Origin: Microthyrium microscopicum
Lineage: Eukaryota
Direction of reading: 5' to 3'
NCBI GenBank assembly: GCA_010405405.1
Contig: MU004240.1
Span: 200,316 to 264,315, forward strand
DNA: 64,000 bases
Positions 11,369 to 23,683 of the stretch are shown in pieces (position 1 is the stretch's first letter; every line of letters begins with the position of its first letter). The translations under genes and the position numbers were made by a program. Under the pieces are notes generated by a model. The model made no database searches, was not told the origin of the DNA, and worked only from the letters and a program-made list of their open reading frames with translations.

Positions 11369-13852
11369 TTATCTGATATCATAAACTGTCGTGGAATATG
11401 TTCTCCTAACGTTTCCGGGTATCTGAGTGGGGATATCTCGATCCATGGGATCATCATGCAAATGGTCTCGATGCCAGTGTTGACCATATATCTCCCCGTC
11501 CATCGCACCATCCAAATAACAAAAGCCTACAAGCTTATACACCGGGCCTGCTTTCAATACACCAAGCGGGCTACTGGCCTCAGACGGGTCATATTGACGG
11601 AGAATGACCGGAACACTGGCTCCGTGGAGATGAACAACCAAATCACCTTCATATGTAAACAGAGGTCCCAAACCAACACGGCTATCATGCGATAGGAACA
11701 GATGCCGGCTATAGAGCATCTTGGCAATTTGCATGCCCATGGTATGAGCTTCCGCCTTCTTCTGCTCTTTGGTCATCGATGCCAGTGTCCGCCTCAGATC
11801 GTGTTCGTCCATCCAATCTAGTTGAAGGTCTTCATTTTCAGCTTGCTGGTCCAGCTCCCATAATGCGGCAAATGCTCTAAAAGCAACAGACTCCTCAGCC
11901 AAATGATGCCTCTCATCGGCCAGAATCGAAACACATGCTCGAACATAGCTGCGAAACGACAGTCGAGAGCGTGTACCTATCTCCGTGTCATCGACAACTG
12001 TCTTCACCTTCGGCCATATCGACTCGTAGGAGGTTCTTAGCTCTTTCCAAGCTGTAGCGACTGCTGGCATGATCCCTTTTTGGTCCTCCATCTCGGATGT
12101 TAACCGGCCAAGCAGCGACCCGGTATTGAGAAAGGTGCCGAAGGAAGCGAATACGAAATCAGGGACAATCTCCACTCGGCCTAACAGTGTTCCCTCCAAT
12201 CTCAAGCTACGAGGCGTAAGCGGACGATGTATGCGTTGTGGTGGTCCATAGCTGTGAATGGGACGCAGATGTTGTCCATGCATGGAGTTTGTTTTATATT
12301 GCAAATGACAGTAATCAGGAACCCATGAAGGCAGCCAGGCATGCCGATTCTTATAACCCTGATAGAAACCGTCGTCGGCAAATCGGAGAATCTGGGTTGA
12401 CTTGTGCTGTGCAATCAAAAACCGCGTAAACCGAATGAATGTATCATGTGAGGAGCGGCGGTAGTCAGGAAAGAACTGACTTGAGCGAAACTCTTTAGCC
12501 AGATTGATCAGTGCGAATATCTTGTCTCTGGGATCCGTTGACTTGAAATTGCGCGTTCTGTGGATTAGATGGAGGACGTCTACGCCATCTGCTGCGGCGG
12601 CAGGCATTTCGCTCCAGACGCCTGGCATAGCACGTTTACGGGAGAATAGATTCGACAGTGCCCATTTTTGCTTGTTGTCTTGAACCCAGGATAGTGATCG
12701 GACGATAGCGAAGCAGCTTTTGTAGCACTTGAGTACAATATCCCATTCCTGCTCGTCTGCTGCGTGTCGGATGACAACGGACTTGTTACTGGCGACTTCT
12801 TGGAGCACCCAGATACGTCGAAACCAATCATGTGAGGCAATGTTGCTTGCACGGTGTAGTGAAGGCCATATCATCCTTTTTACAGAGTGTTCTAGCCAGT
12901 TTGTAGTCGGTACATGGATAATCAGGCTCGCAAAGTTCCAAACCACAGTTCGAGGCGAAAATATACTGTTCTTGAAATGAGCAACGAATGCGGCGCACTG
13001 CTTGGCTGATCCACGACGCTTCTTTTGTAACATTGGAAGGTAAAGCCATAAGATGAACGATGAAACTGGACTAGTGACTGTGCTATCTTGAGAGCTTCTT
13101 TCGCCGTTAGAGAGAAATTCATGTCCAGTTAGACCTTCCAGAAACCACTCTTGTCTGATATTCACCATGTTTTCCTTATCAGCGAGGAAGATATGTCTGA
13201 CACTGTTCAGGTTTTCGTGTATCGAACCATGCCATTGGAATGATAGACAATCCCAGAACATAGCCAGATCCTCATTCTCTTGTAGTAGCAGGTGCGATTC
13301 TGTGTGCGGATTTCCACCCAAAGACACGACTACTCTTGAGGCTTTGGCATAGATCTCTGTCATCCATCCCACCTGATGTGAGCGTTCAATTTCATCTCCC
13401 TGGTTTATAGATAACATGTCCACCCATAGGAAGCCAGAGTTTCGATTCTGTCTGTATGAGCTTAGGATATGATGTAGGTTCTCGGTGACATGAAAGTCTC
13501 TGATACAGTGGCTCGGATCATTTAGTCGGGCTTGGGCTATTCGGTCCAGGGACGCGATGGATGTGCTATTGAATGATGAGTCCACTTTCTCGTCCAGGAA
13601 AACCAAGGTTATTGACTGGGGATTCTCTAAAGCTCCCCAGCAGTATGATAGTCCTTCATAGTTTGGATGATCTAATAGGGTGGTTTGAACCAAGTAGCAC
13701 ACCGTGTCTGTCGTGGCAGAGGAAGACTCGGATGATGGTAAAAGAGATGCTGGAAGAATTCGCAATAAACATATCTCTCGCTTCTTTTCATTCAGTCGAT
13801 GATACCTGGTGTAATCATTGGGAATCGTCTTGATATGTGTCTCATCCTCCAT
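11369..13852 (-). CDS. HET-domain (heterokaryon incompatibility, HET-6-like) protein
   Basis: First ATG at 13852. HET motifs YEGLSYCWG, LWVDMLSINQ..ERSHQV..M.EIY..A..V and WFRRIWVLQE; also TDPRDKIFAL, LPSWVPD and C-terminal LVGFCYLDGAMDGE. Confidence 0.92.
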   Translation of the reverse strand: MEDETHIKTIPNDYTRYHRLNEKKREICLLRILPASLLPSSESSSATTDTVCYLVQTTLLDHPNYEGLSYCWGALENPQSITLVFLDEKVDSSFNSTSIASLDRIAQARLNDPSHCIRDFHVTENLHHILSSYRQNRNSGFLWVDMLSINQGDEIERSHQVGWMTEIYAKASRVVVSLGGNPHTESHLLLQENEDLAMFWDCLSFQWHGSIHENLNSVRHIFLADKENMVNIRQEWFLEGLTGHEFLSNGERSSQDSTVTSPVSSFILWLYLPMLQKKRRGSAKQCAAFVAHFKNSIFSPRTVVWNFASLIIHVPTTNWLEHSVKRMIWPSLHRASNIASHDWFRRIWVLQEVASNKSVVIRHAADEQEWDIVLKCYKSCFAIVRSLSWVQDNKQKWALSNLFSRKRAMPGVWSEMPAAAADGVDVLHLIHRTRNFKSTDPRDKIFALINLAKEFRSSQFFPDYRRSSHDTFIRFTRFLIAQHKSTQILRFADDGFYQGYKNRHAWLPSWVPDYCHLQYKTNSMHGQHLRPIHSYGPPQRIHRPLTPRSLRLEGTLLGRVEIVPDFVFASFGTFLNTGSLLGRLTSEMEDQKGIMPAVATAWKELRTSYESIWPKVKTVVDDTEIGTRSRLSFRSYVRACVSILADERHHLAEESVAFRAFAALWELDQQAENEDLQLDWMDEHDLRRTLASMTKEQKKAEAHTMGMQIAKMLYSRHLFLSHDSRVGLGPLFTYEGDLVVHLHGASVPVILRQYDPSEASSPLGVLKAGPVYKLVGFCYLDGAMDGEIYGQHWHRDHLHDDPMDRDIPTQIPGNVRRTYSTTVYDIR

Positions 13853-13953
13853 CTCTGAGGTTTCCAAGCTCTTCAAACCCACTGTTATCTACTACCTAAA
13901 GGATCGATCTTCGATTCGAAGACTAAAACGACAAACCCACAGAACGCGTGATA

Positions 13954-14374
13954 CACTGGTTTGCGAAATGTGGTGCGCTCTCACCCTCCCCCTACTATGT
14001 TAATTTTTACAGAATTCCACCAATCACACGTAAAATTGCCTGCAGCTTCGGGAGGTAGAAAAGCGCGCTATTTTCAACTATCACAATAAGTGTTCCAAAT
14101 TATAAAGCGGTATAGAAGATTTAGTATGCCGTTTTTCGTAGAAGCAGCTGATTATTATGGTTACTAGAACATAACAAACCACCAACGTTTGGTATACTAA
14201 CGATCAAATTTAGCACTAAAATTCCTAGTTAGTAAATAGTACTCTCGATAACCAGAGTTTACATATTCCAACTCCACAGGCTATTCTACGTGTGATTGGT
14301 GGGATCCTAAAAATTCTAGCAATTTACACATGGTAGGGGGAGGGTGAGAGCGCACCACATTTCGCAAACCAGTG
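13954..14374. mobile_element. MITE (non-autonomous Tc1/mariner-type DNA transposon), 421 bp
   Basis: Perfect 42-bp terminal inverted repeats (CACTGGTTTGCGAAATGTGGTGCGCTCTCACCCTCCCCCTAC), extending imperfectly to ~90 bp. TA dinucleotide on both sides (13952-13953, 14375-14376). AT-rich non-coding core. Confidence 0.9.
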
Positions 14375-15164
14375 TACCCCGAGCTCGGCTTATACAGCCA
14401 AGCGGAAAATGAGCCTCTCAAACATCAAGAAGGAGTGAGGTTCTGACCTGCCATTGCAAGCAGTTCAAATCAAGTGATACCCAGAGGGAGAGGTGTGCTG
14501 CATAAATTAAAACGAGTCATCCATGCTGATAAATGCATGTTATCAAATCTAGAGCGCATCGGGACTGTTTATATTCGCTTACTAATAATAGGAGCTAGGT
14601 ACCTTTTGCTTCCTTACACTTTGCATATCACGCTTTTATTGCAGTGAACTATGATCCACCGATCCACGTTCTTTGATTGCTTTGAATTTATCGAATATGG
14701 TAGGCCGAAAAGCATAGTTTCGCCCAGAGGGCGATATTGTAGCAGTCAACAGGTGGACAGGTCCCATGACAGATGGCGTGTTGCCAACAGCCTTCCTGGC
14801 TCGCACACGCTGCGTTCTGTTATCGAAATCTCTATTCCCAGAGATTATATTACCTTTCTGACCTATAGCCTTTCTTGAGTATCGTTGGTGGAAACCAACG
14901 CCATTGGCGGACGCATGCCATTCATTTTGCAGATCCATTGCCAGTCCATGCCATTCTATAAAGCTAATGGGACCGTGACATACACTCAGTACTTACTGTG
15001 TCCAGCGGTTAACATGCTCCAATTTACAACCTGTTCCTTGATTATGGTTTCATTCCTATCTATCTCATTACACCTTGTCGATACATCATGTACCTCTCTT
15101 CAGCTTCAAGTCGCCAATCATTGTGAACACCTACCCAATATGCCCTTTCTGACGACATTTCAGT

Positions 15165-16637
15165 TTAGCATCCAAAATCACCCGTAGCACGAGAGAACGC
15201 CGCAGTGAAAGATTCGTCCATTGTGTCACCTCCACTTAGCCTAAAATACCTCAAGCGTGGCGCAAAGGCAACAAGATTAGCCACATGGATATCCAACGTT
15301 TCTTCCTCGACCGAGTCTACTTCGCCACCTTTTTGATTATTTTTTTCGAGAACGAGAACAAGGAACCAAAGCTTGGGAAAGAGTCCGGCCGGCGCTTGGT
15401 CGATGACCTCCTGCCACGAAAAGTTGCATGGTAAGGTAAGTTGCTCGAGTTCTTTGCAATGTTGAGCAAACTGGATAACTGACCTCCAGGTAAGCTTGTG
15501 TGAGCTGTCAAGAGTAAATGTTATTTTTGACAGGTGTTTCAAAGACTGGGCGACTCTCTCAATTGTAGCGTCGGTGAAATTGACTACTGAAGGGCCGTGG
15601 TCGTCATATTCGTTGATGAGCAGCTCCTGGAGGTTCGGACAACTCTGCGCCAGAATGATCATGTCATCGCCATCTATACTACTCTCCGGGGCAAACTCAA
15701 TGGAGAGACTGGTAAGATGCTTGAAGTCTGATGCTGACCTGAGAATGTGGCGTTGATGTGATGGTGCGACATTCTGCAATAATAACGATAGAGTTTTTAT
15801 ATTAGGCATACACAGAGCCAAAAGCTTTAAACCTTCATCGGATATGCCAGTATAGAAGTGTTTCAGCTTAGGAAATCTGGAAGATATGCAATCCTTCTGA
15901 CCTAAGGATCTCAGCCAAGGTTCTGGCAAATCCGGAACACTGAGGAGCTCCAGCTTGGAATGTACAGATAATGCCTTGAAGGTGTTCAAAGTCCAGCCCT
16001 CGAGGGCCGTGGTCCGTACTGATAAGACCTTGAGGTGTTTGGTGGCATCAAGAAATCGAATCATTCCTCGTTCAGATAGATGGCTATCGGAGACATTTTC
16101 AACGTTTAGAACCTCTAGTCTTGGGCAGCGATAGCTCAGGGTGTCCAAGAAGCTGTCAACAAGCTTACTTGCTCCATCAATGTGGAACTCTTTTACGTTT
16201 GGCTGTGCATAGTGAAGAATAATTTCTCCTGTACTCATCGATCTGGACTCAGGAAATCCGTAACCTCCAAACAAGGAAAAGCTCAGCAGATTGGAGAATC
16301 GTAATGTAGCAAGCTCTGGGTGCCATCGTGCCTCTTCCTTCCTGTCCTCCCAGGAAGTGCCGTCTTCTTCAAACATGAGAATTTGGATGAACTCCGCATA
16401 ATATTGCGCTCTTTTGGTTGAAGTCTGCACAATTCGAGCAAGATCTGTGATACTCGGCGTAACGTGACCGGCCTTGGCAAAATTATATCGAACTCCGCAT
16501 CCTTTCCATAGCATACGAGTGACCTCCAGCGAAAATAGCTTGTTAATACGAAGGCATGTATGCAGAAATCCGGGAGATGCCGCTGACGCATGCAAGATTT
16601 GAGCAATTATCTCTGGCAGAAGGAGTGTGCGGTGCAT
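15165..16637 (-). CDS. F-box-like / RNI-like leucine-rich repeat protein
   Basis: N-terminal LLLPEIIAQIL...CLRINKLF...LW F-box-like motif, followed by CPRLEVLNV, MPNIKTLSL, CPNLQELLI and CKELEQLTL LRR units. Confidence 0.8.
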   Translation of the reverse strand: MHRTLLLPEIIAQILHASAASPGFLHTCLRINKLFSLEVTRMLWKGCGVRYNFAKAGHVTPSITDLARIVQTSTKRAQYYAEFIQILMFEEDGTSWEDRKEEARWHPELATLRFSNLLSFSLFGGYGFPESRSMSTGEIILHYAQPNVKEFHIDGASKLVDSFLDTLSYRCPRLEVLNVENVSDSHLSERGMIRFLDATKHLKVLSVRTTALEGWTLNTFKALSVHSKLELLSVPDLPEPWLRSLGQKDCISSRFPKLKHFYTGISDEGLKLLALCMPNIKTLSLLLQNVAPSHQRHILRSASDFKHLTSLSIEFAPESSIDGDDMIILAQSCPNLQELLINEYDDHGPSVVNFTDATIERVAQSLKHLSKITFTLDSSHKLTWRSVIQFAQHCKELEQLTLPCNFSWQEVIDQAPAGLFPKLWFLVLVLEKNNQKGGEVDSVEEETLDIHVANLVAFAPRLRYFRLSGGDTMDESFTAAFSRATGDFGC

Positions 16638-17362
16638 AATTGAGCGTACGATGAGTGAGAAGACGTCCTACAACTGATTTGACGAGGTGAGGTCGATATA
16701 GGGAAAGGACGACTGAAGTTGACAAATCCTACAAGCTCCAAGCTGCAGGAATGCCATCGTAGTCTGCCTGTTCAGGACAGAATTGGGATTTTAAAATGTA
16801 CAAGGACAAAATATAAGCTTAGAGTAGTGGAAGGATTCTAAAAAAGTTTGAGCATGTACATTTCATATTGTAATCCCGCAGATCGTTTGCGGCGTAGACT
16901 GCCCAAACTGAGCCTGCCCCTGCATGATATTGATAGCCAGGTATTGTGGCCCTATCAAGTATTTCCATGGGCGGGCCTGACACCAATTGTCATGCGATGT
17001 CAGATTCTATACTACTGCAAAGGAGATCCTAAGTATCTTGTGAAGAAATAGAATCCTAATCAGGAGTGTGAGAGCCATTCCACTGCAACACTGCGATTCG
17101 ATGTCATATCCAACCCCGTACCACAGGATTGACGATGACTGAAGATGGTAATGCTTCAATCTAAGTCCAATCCCACGCGTATATCGTTTTCTCAATTACC
17201 AGAAACTCAGGAATGTTGGAATGCTCAGTATAAATGGGCCGCAATGTCTCAACAGTTCCAATCAGTATCAGCAATACCAGCGACTCTAATATTCTTAGCT
17301 CTTACAGCCTTCTCATCAATCACTCACTCCTTTAGAATTAAATCATCCTCATTCTCTCCAAG

Positions 17363-17860
17363 ATGAAGTTCGCCGAGTCTCTCGCATCGGTTCTTTTCAT
17401 AGTTCGTCCTGCTCTAACAAGTAGTCACCGCAGCGCCTGCCAATGACCTTATGAGCATTATATTCAAACGAGCCGACAGCTATAATGCTGTACCCCCGAA
17501 AGACCCATCGAAGACAAAATCATACGATGCTGCAATCCAAAGGATGAGAGCGGCCACCCGTGACGCACATATAGCCGCAGAAGCTTGTCCGGCAGCAAAG
17601 AAAACCGAATTCGGTAATCCCAAAACGCAAAAGCAGATGAAGGATCTAATTGAGGCTAACTGCGTCACAAAATGGACGAGGTATGCACCCACCAGGCAAT
17701 TAGTACATGGCCCGGGCTAATCAGATACCAAAGAGCTAAGGATAAGCGTGTCGCAGCCAACGACGCTTCTATCGCTGCTGGCGGAACCAAAATCGACTGG
17801 GGACACAGCAAAGCTATCATGGAATGCGAGGCATACATTGCCTACTGGGAGAAGGCGTAA
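17363..17860 (+). pseudogene. Small secreted pre-pro-protein, apparently disrupted in the signal-peptide region
   Basis: TATAAA near 17229. ATG 17363 (MKFAESLASVLFI) is out of frame with the downstream ..TAAPANDLMSIIFKR-ADSY frame. A clean intron 17681-17724 joins to YQRAKD...YWEKA*. Confidence 0.55.
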
Positions 17861-18182
17861 ACTGAGATCATGTCTTGAATATCCAGGTAGTTTATTGTGT
17901 TTTGGGGTACCTACCTACTTTTGCTTCATCGGAATTTTGGATGTGTTATCTCGGCTTTGTTGTTGACCGCTCATCGTCTTGTACCAGAATATCATTTGAA
18001 ACATATTAGGTTTATAGTATCCTTCAACTCAATTGAGAAAAAGATTCCCAAGATATTGCTCTATTAGGTTCGTTTGTTATTTTCTGTCACACTGAGCATT
18101 ATATCTCCCACCTCCCTGCCTAGGTACATAAAACAAGCCTTGGGCTCTCCTTTCTGTCACCACGAGCATGCACTCCAGCCAT

Positions 18183-19372
18183 TTAGTTCTTAACAACTTT
18201 GACGTTGTCAACCTGGAGATCAATATCTCCATAGTATCCCGCAGTGAGATACAAAATTGTACCATCCTGAGCAACAAACGTTGTGGATTGATAAGTCCAC
18301 GTGGTGATGGGGTTGCGGAACAGCAACTCGGCCTGGCATAAGGAGTTATCGATAGAACCCTCGGCGTTGCTGCCAACGAAAGTAGCAGCATTACCAATGC
18401 ATACATTCAGATATTGCTGAGTGCTTTTAGCCCAGGCGGAAAGAGTGTAGGTTGCTCCAACCTCGAGGGCTAGGGGCTGATAGGCAGTCAGGTCGGTAGA
18501 TTTGCCGGCATTAAGAGTAGTTGTGAAATGCAAGTTGTAATTTCCAGACTCACTGGGTGTGGTTTCGACGGAGAAAGGAGGGATAGTTTGGTTGGCAAAG
18601 GCGGCCTCGTATCCAAGAGGAATGTATACTGCCTTTTGCCATGGATCCAGGCATCCGGATTCGAAGTCACCGTTGATCACGACATTGGTAGGATCAGCTG
18701 GAATGGCTCCACAAGTGGCGCTTGCTGAAGGAATAGAGGCTGATACCGAGCTGGCAGCGACTGATGAGGTTGGCTTGATGCTTGATGTTGGAACGGAAGA
18801 TGGGGCCTTGCTGGAGGAGACCGGAGCAGAAGATGGCTTAACGCTGGACGAGGCCGGAACAGAGGATGGCTTAGCACTGGAAGAAGCCTTGACACTCGAA
18901 GTTGGCGTTGGCACAGCCGAAGTAGTCTTCACGCATCGACCATTCTGGCAAGTTTTCTTAGAACCGCAGGATTGTTCGCAGTCACCACAGTTGTCGTTGT
19001 CAGTGTTGATATCGACACAATTGCCATCACAGAGCTTTTCGGAGGAACTGTATTCTCGTTAATGCTGCGTTCAGAAAGCTGTTGTCATTTCGCGGCTCTA
19101 AATGATCAACCCATACATCCAAATCAACAGCTTTTGATTGAAAGCATGTGTTGCTCTTATTGAAAGGTTTGGATGAGCTACAGGAGAGAATCTTACATGG
19201 TCTTGAATGGTCCACAGGTATAGCACTGGCCGAGACCTTTCTTGGCCTGAGAGACACAAGTGTCAGTATCACTGGAATCGTTGCAAAAGTCGACACATTG
19301 CTTAGGCGCTTTGCTGGAAGCAGGCGAGGCTGCGACACCAAGTGCCAAAAGAAGGATAGCGAATGACTTCAT
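18183..19372 (-). CDS. Secreted Cys-rich protein: Stig1-like module + S/T/P linker + CBM4/9-like domain, 2 exons, ~346 aa
   Basis: Signal peptide MKSFAILLLALGVAA. Intron 19196-19048 restores the frame. Then LCDGNCVDINTDNDNCGDCEQSCGSKKTCQNGRC, a PSS-repeat linker, and NVVINGDFESG...GATYTLSAWAK...VDNVKV. Confidence 0.8.
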
Positions 19373-21251
19373 ATTAAAAACTGTATGATTAGCGAGTGTG
19401 AATGAACAAATGATCTGAATTGAACAACGTGAAGCTTGGAATGAATGACTTACAATACATTGGATGGACGTCTATTTAAGCAGTTCTCGATCCTGCTGAT
19501 TTAGCCTTGACGGCGCTGGTGGTTAAGAAAAAGACCACCGACAAAGCTTAGTAATTTACTAGCTTCAATCATCGGGCTTGTTGTTTAGGTAAGAATCAAG
19601 AACACGAACGGCAGCACGGTACAGCATAACAGCCAAACCTATCAATTGCCACTGAAGCTGAAAAGTATCGCGTTGAGGAGCGCGCCGCACGCCATCTGTT
19701 AAGCCACATGCGGGTTGTACCTATGTCAAGGGCCCCTTGAAGAGTACCGTAAACTTTCGATGTCTTTTTTTAGAGCAGGGTGTGTGTTACCAAACAAGAT
19801 GAAATCACCTGGATAGATTTGCTTCGCAAGGTCGATGATAGGTCGCGACGTCGCGTGTACAAAAGCTCTAAACGTCAAAGACGTCAAAAACACAACGTGT
19901 CAGCCACAAGTCATGTGCATCACTGCATACTACCTATTTTTCTATATCTACAAATCACATTCTGGCTTCCAAACGTGCGAGTGCAAAAATGATTACCCGA
20001 TGCTTCATGCTCGATTTCGACGTCTTCCCAACTCCAAAAGCCAGAGGGATGTCAGCGCAGCCACATTCAAGGGATGAAGTCAAATGGACGTTGTGCAAGC
20101 AAAAGGCCATCTCATTTACTACGTTCTCTAAGCTTCCAAAGCGTTTGAAGGATTCAATACCAAGACAAACTAGACGGACTGGTGGTAGACCGTCAGCCTT
20201 AGAATCGGGAAGTAACGATGGGAGTATTCTCGATACATCCGATTTGATGACAACCTTCGCCATCCCGATGACTTCGTACATCGGACATTAAAGACACCCC
20301 ACGAGGCGAGGCTGCATAAAACGTGGCGTTTGAGCCGCACTCGCACTAGGCTAGGAAAGGCACCCACTTCCCCAACTCCTGAGTTCATCCATAAACACTG
20401 CAAAACCACGATTCAAGTTGGAAGAATCATCTTTTGTTGGTGTTCGAGTACGGTGGGTGGAGTCACTAGTCTAATGGCTTACACGAAGGTTCAGTTGAAT
20501 TGGAATCTATTAGGTATCGTTGGCGTACACCATCTGTCAGTGATTTCGCTTCATCCTGCTGGAGGAAATGCAAGCAAGTGCAAGATATGTTTTAGTGTTG
20601 AGCAGGAACAAAAGGTGCTCCGATAATGACAGCAAGTTAGGTATGTTACCAGACTCCAACTCGGCATCTTTACCATCAATATGATAGGTAAGAAGCGAGC
20701 CAGTTACTACCTTCGGGCATAAGTTCTTGAACCTTTCCCATACTCTGTATCACTGAAAAGTTCGGGAGGCACAACTTACTGCAAACAGTTGATTCCCTTA
20801 AAAGTTGCAGTGTTTCTGTACATATAAATTTGATACAAGGAAGATGCCGCATTACGCGACACGATAATACGAGTCCCTAATCCCACATACCGTACTGTAA
20901 CAAGCTCAACAACAAACACTAAGATACTCCGTAGAAGCAGCACGACTTCGGAGTATTACCGGCGGTTATCCTCTATAGAGCAGATTTTCAGCTTCAAAGC
21001 AAAGACGTTACTCAACATCTATTAATACTAATCCAAAGATCAGAAGATAACTTAGTAGCCTCTTTCCACATATATCCTTTGTAACAAGAGTCGTTGAACA
21101 AGCTTGAGAGCATGTCCTCGATCAGTCAGCACTCACGCCCCCAGAAAAGGGACAAACTTCAGCAGTCATGAGGGAACCTGAGGCAGGCAAAGGCTCCAAG
21201 CAAGCCAAAACAACGCTTTCCATTCCAAACACCAAAGCCACACCGCCGGCG

Positions 21252-22837
21252 TTAGTTATCGTCACTGTCGCCGCTGCCACTGCCGCTTTTCATTGATCCG
21301 TCACTGCTGTACTCGGTCGGGTCGTCGTCACTGGTGTCACTGCCTCCATCAGCGGTGTCATCGTTGTCGTATCCTCTCTTTTGGTCCTGCATTTGCGCAA
21401 CTCGACCGGATGGATCCAACTGCACCAACGAAGCTTTGGTGCGCGAGGAGCGTGTTATACGGCTGATAGTCGCTATATTGACGGGTTTGTCTTTGGTGGT
21501 GGCGACTGCGCATTGTGTTCGATCCTTCAACGTTATGTTAGAGTCACGAGTCCTTGAACCACACCTGTCCTCAGTGACTACTTACGATTTTCCTTTCTCG
21601 AGCTTGGTCTTCTGCATTTGTACCGAATGTGTATGTGACAGCTAGATTGGACTGCCCAGGTACGGACTGTGCGCTACCCATGTTGGCATAGCTCGGAAAC
21701 CTGAATATAGGTTCTTTCTTGGGCCGATGAGCGAGCGCGAAGGCTTGTCCAGGTATGGCGTAACTCTCTGGCTCGCCCTCGTCTCTTTCCCGCTGAATCA
21801 CTCTTAGTAAGACTTACCGGCTAGAACAATGTCTGCTTACTTTGGGATGTAGGGTTAAAACTAACTGGCCCTTTGCGGCTATATGATTGTTCTTGGATTT
21901 GCCATCAGGTGGATGTGATGGAGGAGCAAGAACTCCCAGTGCTTGGAGATGAGCTAAAACGAGGCTTTTAGCTTCATTGACAACGACGAAGCTCACAAGT
22001 GAGCTACCCAAGAAGAGAACATACACCTGCATCGATACAGAAATCGAAATTGTCCCAGCGGCTTCTCATTGGTGTCCAGCTCTTGTGACTTTGAAAAGTC
22101 AACTAAAGATGAAAGTGCTCGTTTTTGTGCTGGACCAAAGCTAAGAAATTAGTAGACTATTGTGAAGCTGGCGTCCCTTTGAACATACTCGATGATATGG
22201 GAAATTCCGTTATTCTCGATTTCACTTGCGGTAGCGTGCGCCAATCTATTGGAAAATAGAGCACGACGGGATGCTTTCAACCCATCGAATTGTTCCGCTG
22301 GTACAGAGACACCTTTCCATCGCCTAATTTTGATCAAAATCTCGCCTACTTCGCCATCTAATCGACGTGTGCCGGGCTCGCTGGACCTTATAGCCATACC
22401 TGCTGTTAGATGTGCTTCAAGAAGTTAGCTGTCAGAAGTTGTGCTGATCACAGACTCGAGTACAAACCCAGGATATCGTCTGTGAACTTCAATTTACGGA
22501 ACGAATTGGCATCATCTATGTGCTCATGAACGCCTTTTTTGCGTATAGTCTTCGGTACCTCGGACGCCTCACAAAGTATGCCTGCAGCATAAGCTCCATC
22601 AAGGTATATCACAGACTCAAAGTTGCAGTCAAACCGGGAAACAAAATCAGGATCAACTTGGATAGCAATCTCAATGGTAGCATCAGTGATTGATTCAATG
22701 TAACGAGTTGTCTGTAGAAATTCGGCTTGACGATCGCTTTCCAATAACCTCGGGCTTTCATATTCCTCCGTGGGCGTTTTCCGACCATTGAGATGGATAG
22801 TCACAGTCACTCCTGGGACACCATTGATCACTGCCAT
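21252..22837 (-). CDS. DUF7918-like fungal protein, paralogue 1 (multi-exon; 3' exon structure uncertain)
   Basis: MAVINGVPGVTVTI...EEY...RYIESITDA, GEILIKIRR and spliced KPLGQFRFLYRCRSHLQALGVL; acidic C-terminal exon. Confidence 0.6.
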
Positions 22838-23683
22838 TTCAATGGCGGGTCTGGGGCTCTAGGAACGATGGCGAGGCCTTCAACGTCTGCTCTAGTAAAG
22901 ACAAGCTTGGCAATAGCACACTAAGCAGAGTATGAGGATGAGATGAGAAGTTCCAGATGCGAAGGGACGGGGATCGGTATTATCATAAGCAGAGTCGCAC
23001 CTTGAGTGTTGTCTGCATCTCAAAGCAAATGACATGACTTGTTAGCCAGCGTGTCATTTTCTTTTCCCTAGCTCAATTGGACAGCACAAAGCAAAAGGTT
23101 GCCACTAGATTATCGGCATAAGTTTGATGAGCTGGTGGAGTGTGCCGTGTCCAATCTAAGTGTTGAGTAAGGTACCTTTGTGTAGAATCAGCATACGCAA
23201 TTTGCTCTTGCTTACTTTCGAGATGTGAAATGAGCACGGTAAAGCCTCAAGCTCCATGGACGAATGTCAATACAAAGTTTGATATCAAGATTGGAGTCCT
23301 GGCAGCTTCATGTCTAACCAAGCGACTTGATGTCCAGCAACACTGCAACATCACGTTTGGTAGCTAAATCTACTCTCGATATCAGAGGTCAGCAGTAAGT
23401 CCACATGCCCATAGCACGATAAAAGTTATAGCTTGCAAGAGATGAGAGTTCTTGCTTATTGAATTTGCAGTAAATATGAAGATTAAACTTTTACCATACC
23501 GAAAGCATAACCTGCAGACTAAAGCCATCTTCTCTGTCCCGGAAAGTAGGTTGAAAGGAGATAGGGGAGAGTGCTGGTGTGAGAGTGAAATCAAGGTCTG
23601 AATAACATGACAGTAATGAAAAACAAGCATTTGCCGAATTTGCCACAAAGTCGACTCCATGAGCCACACATGAAATGTTTGTG

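Noticed and set aside
14636..15015. Small minus-strand spliced ORF (GTAAGT...TAG near 14996-14956)
   Set aside because: No good branch site or recognisable protein; may be part of the F-box gene's 3'UTR.
19780..20750. Cluster of short ORFs on both strands
   Set aside because: No consistent frame or motif; at most an unidentifiable pseudogene relic.
22030..22140. Suspected frameshift in DUF7918-like paralogue 1
   Set aside because: Re-reading shows the exon is open (DFGPAQKR...KPLGQFRFLYRCR).
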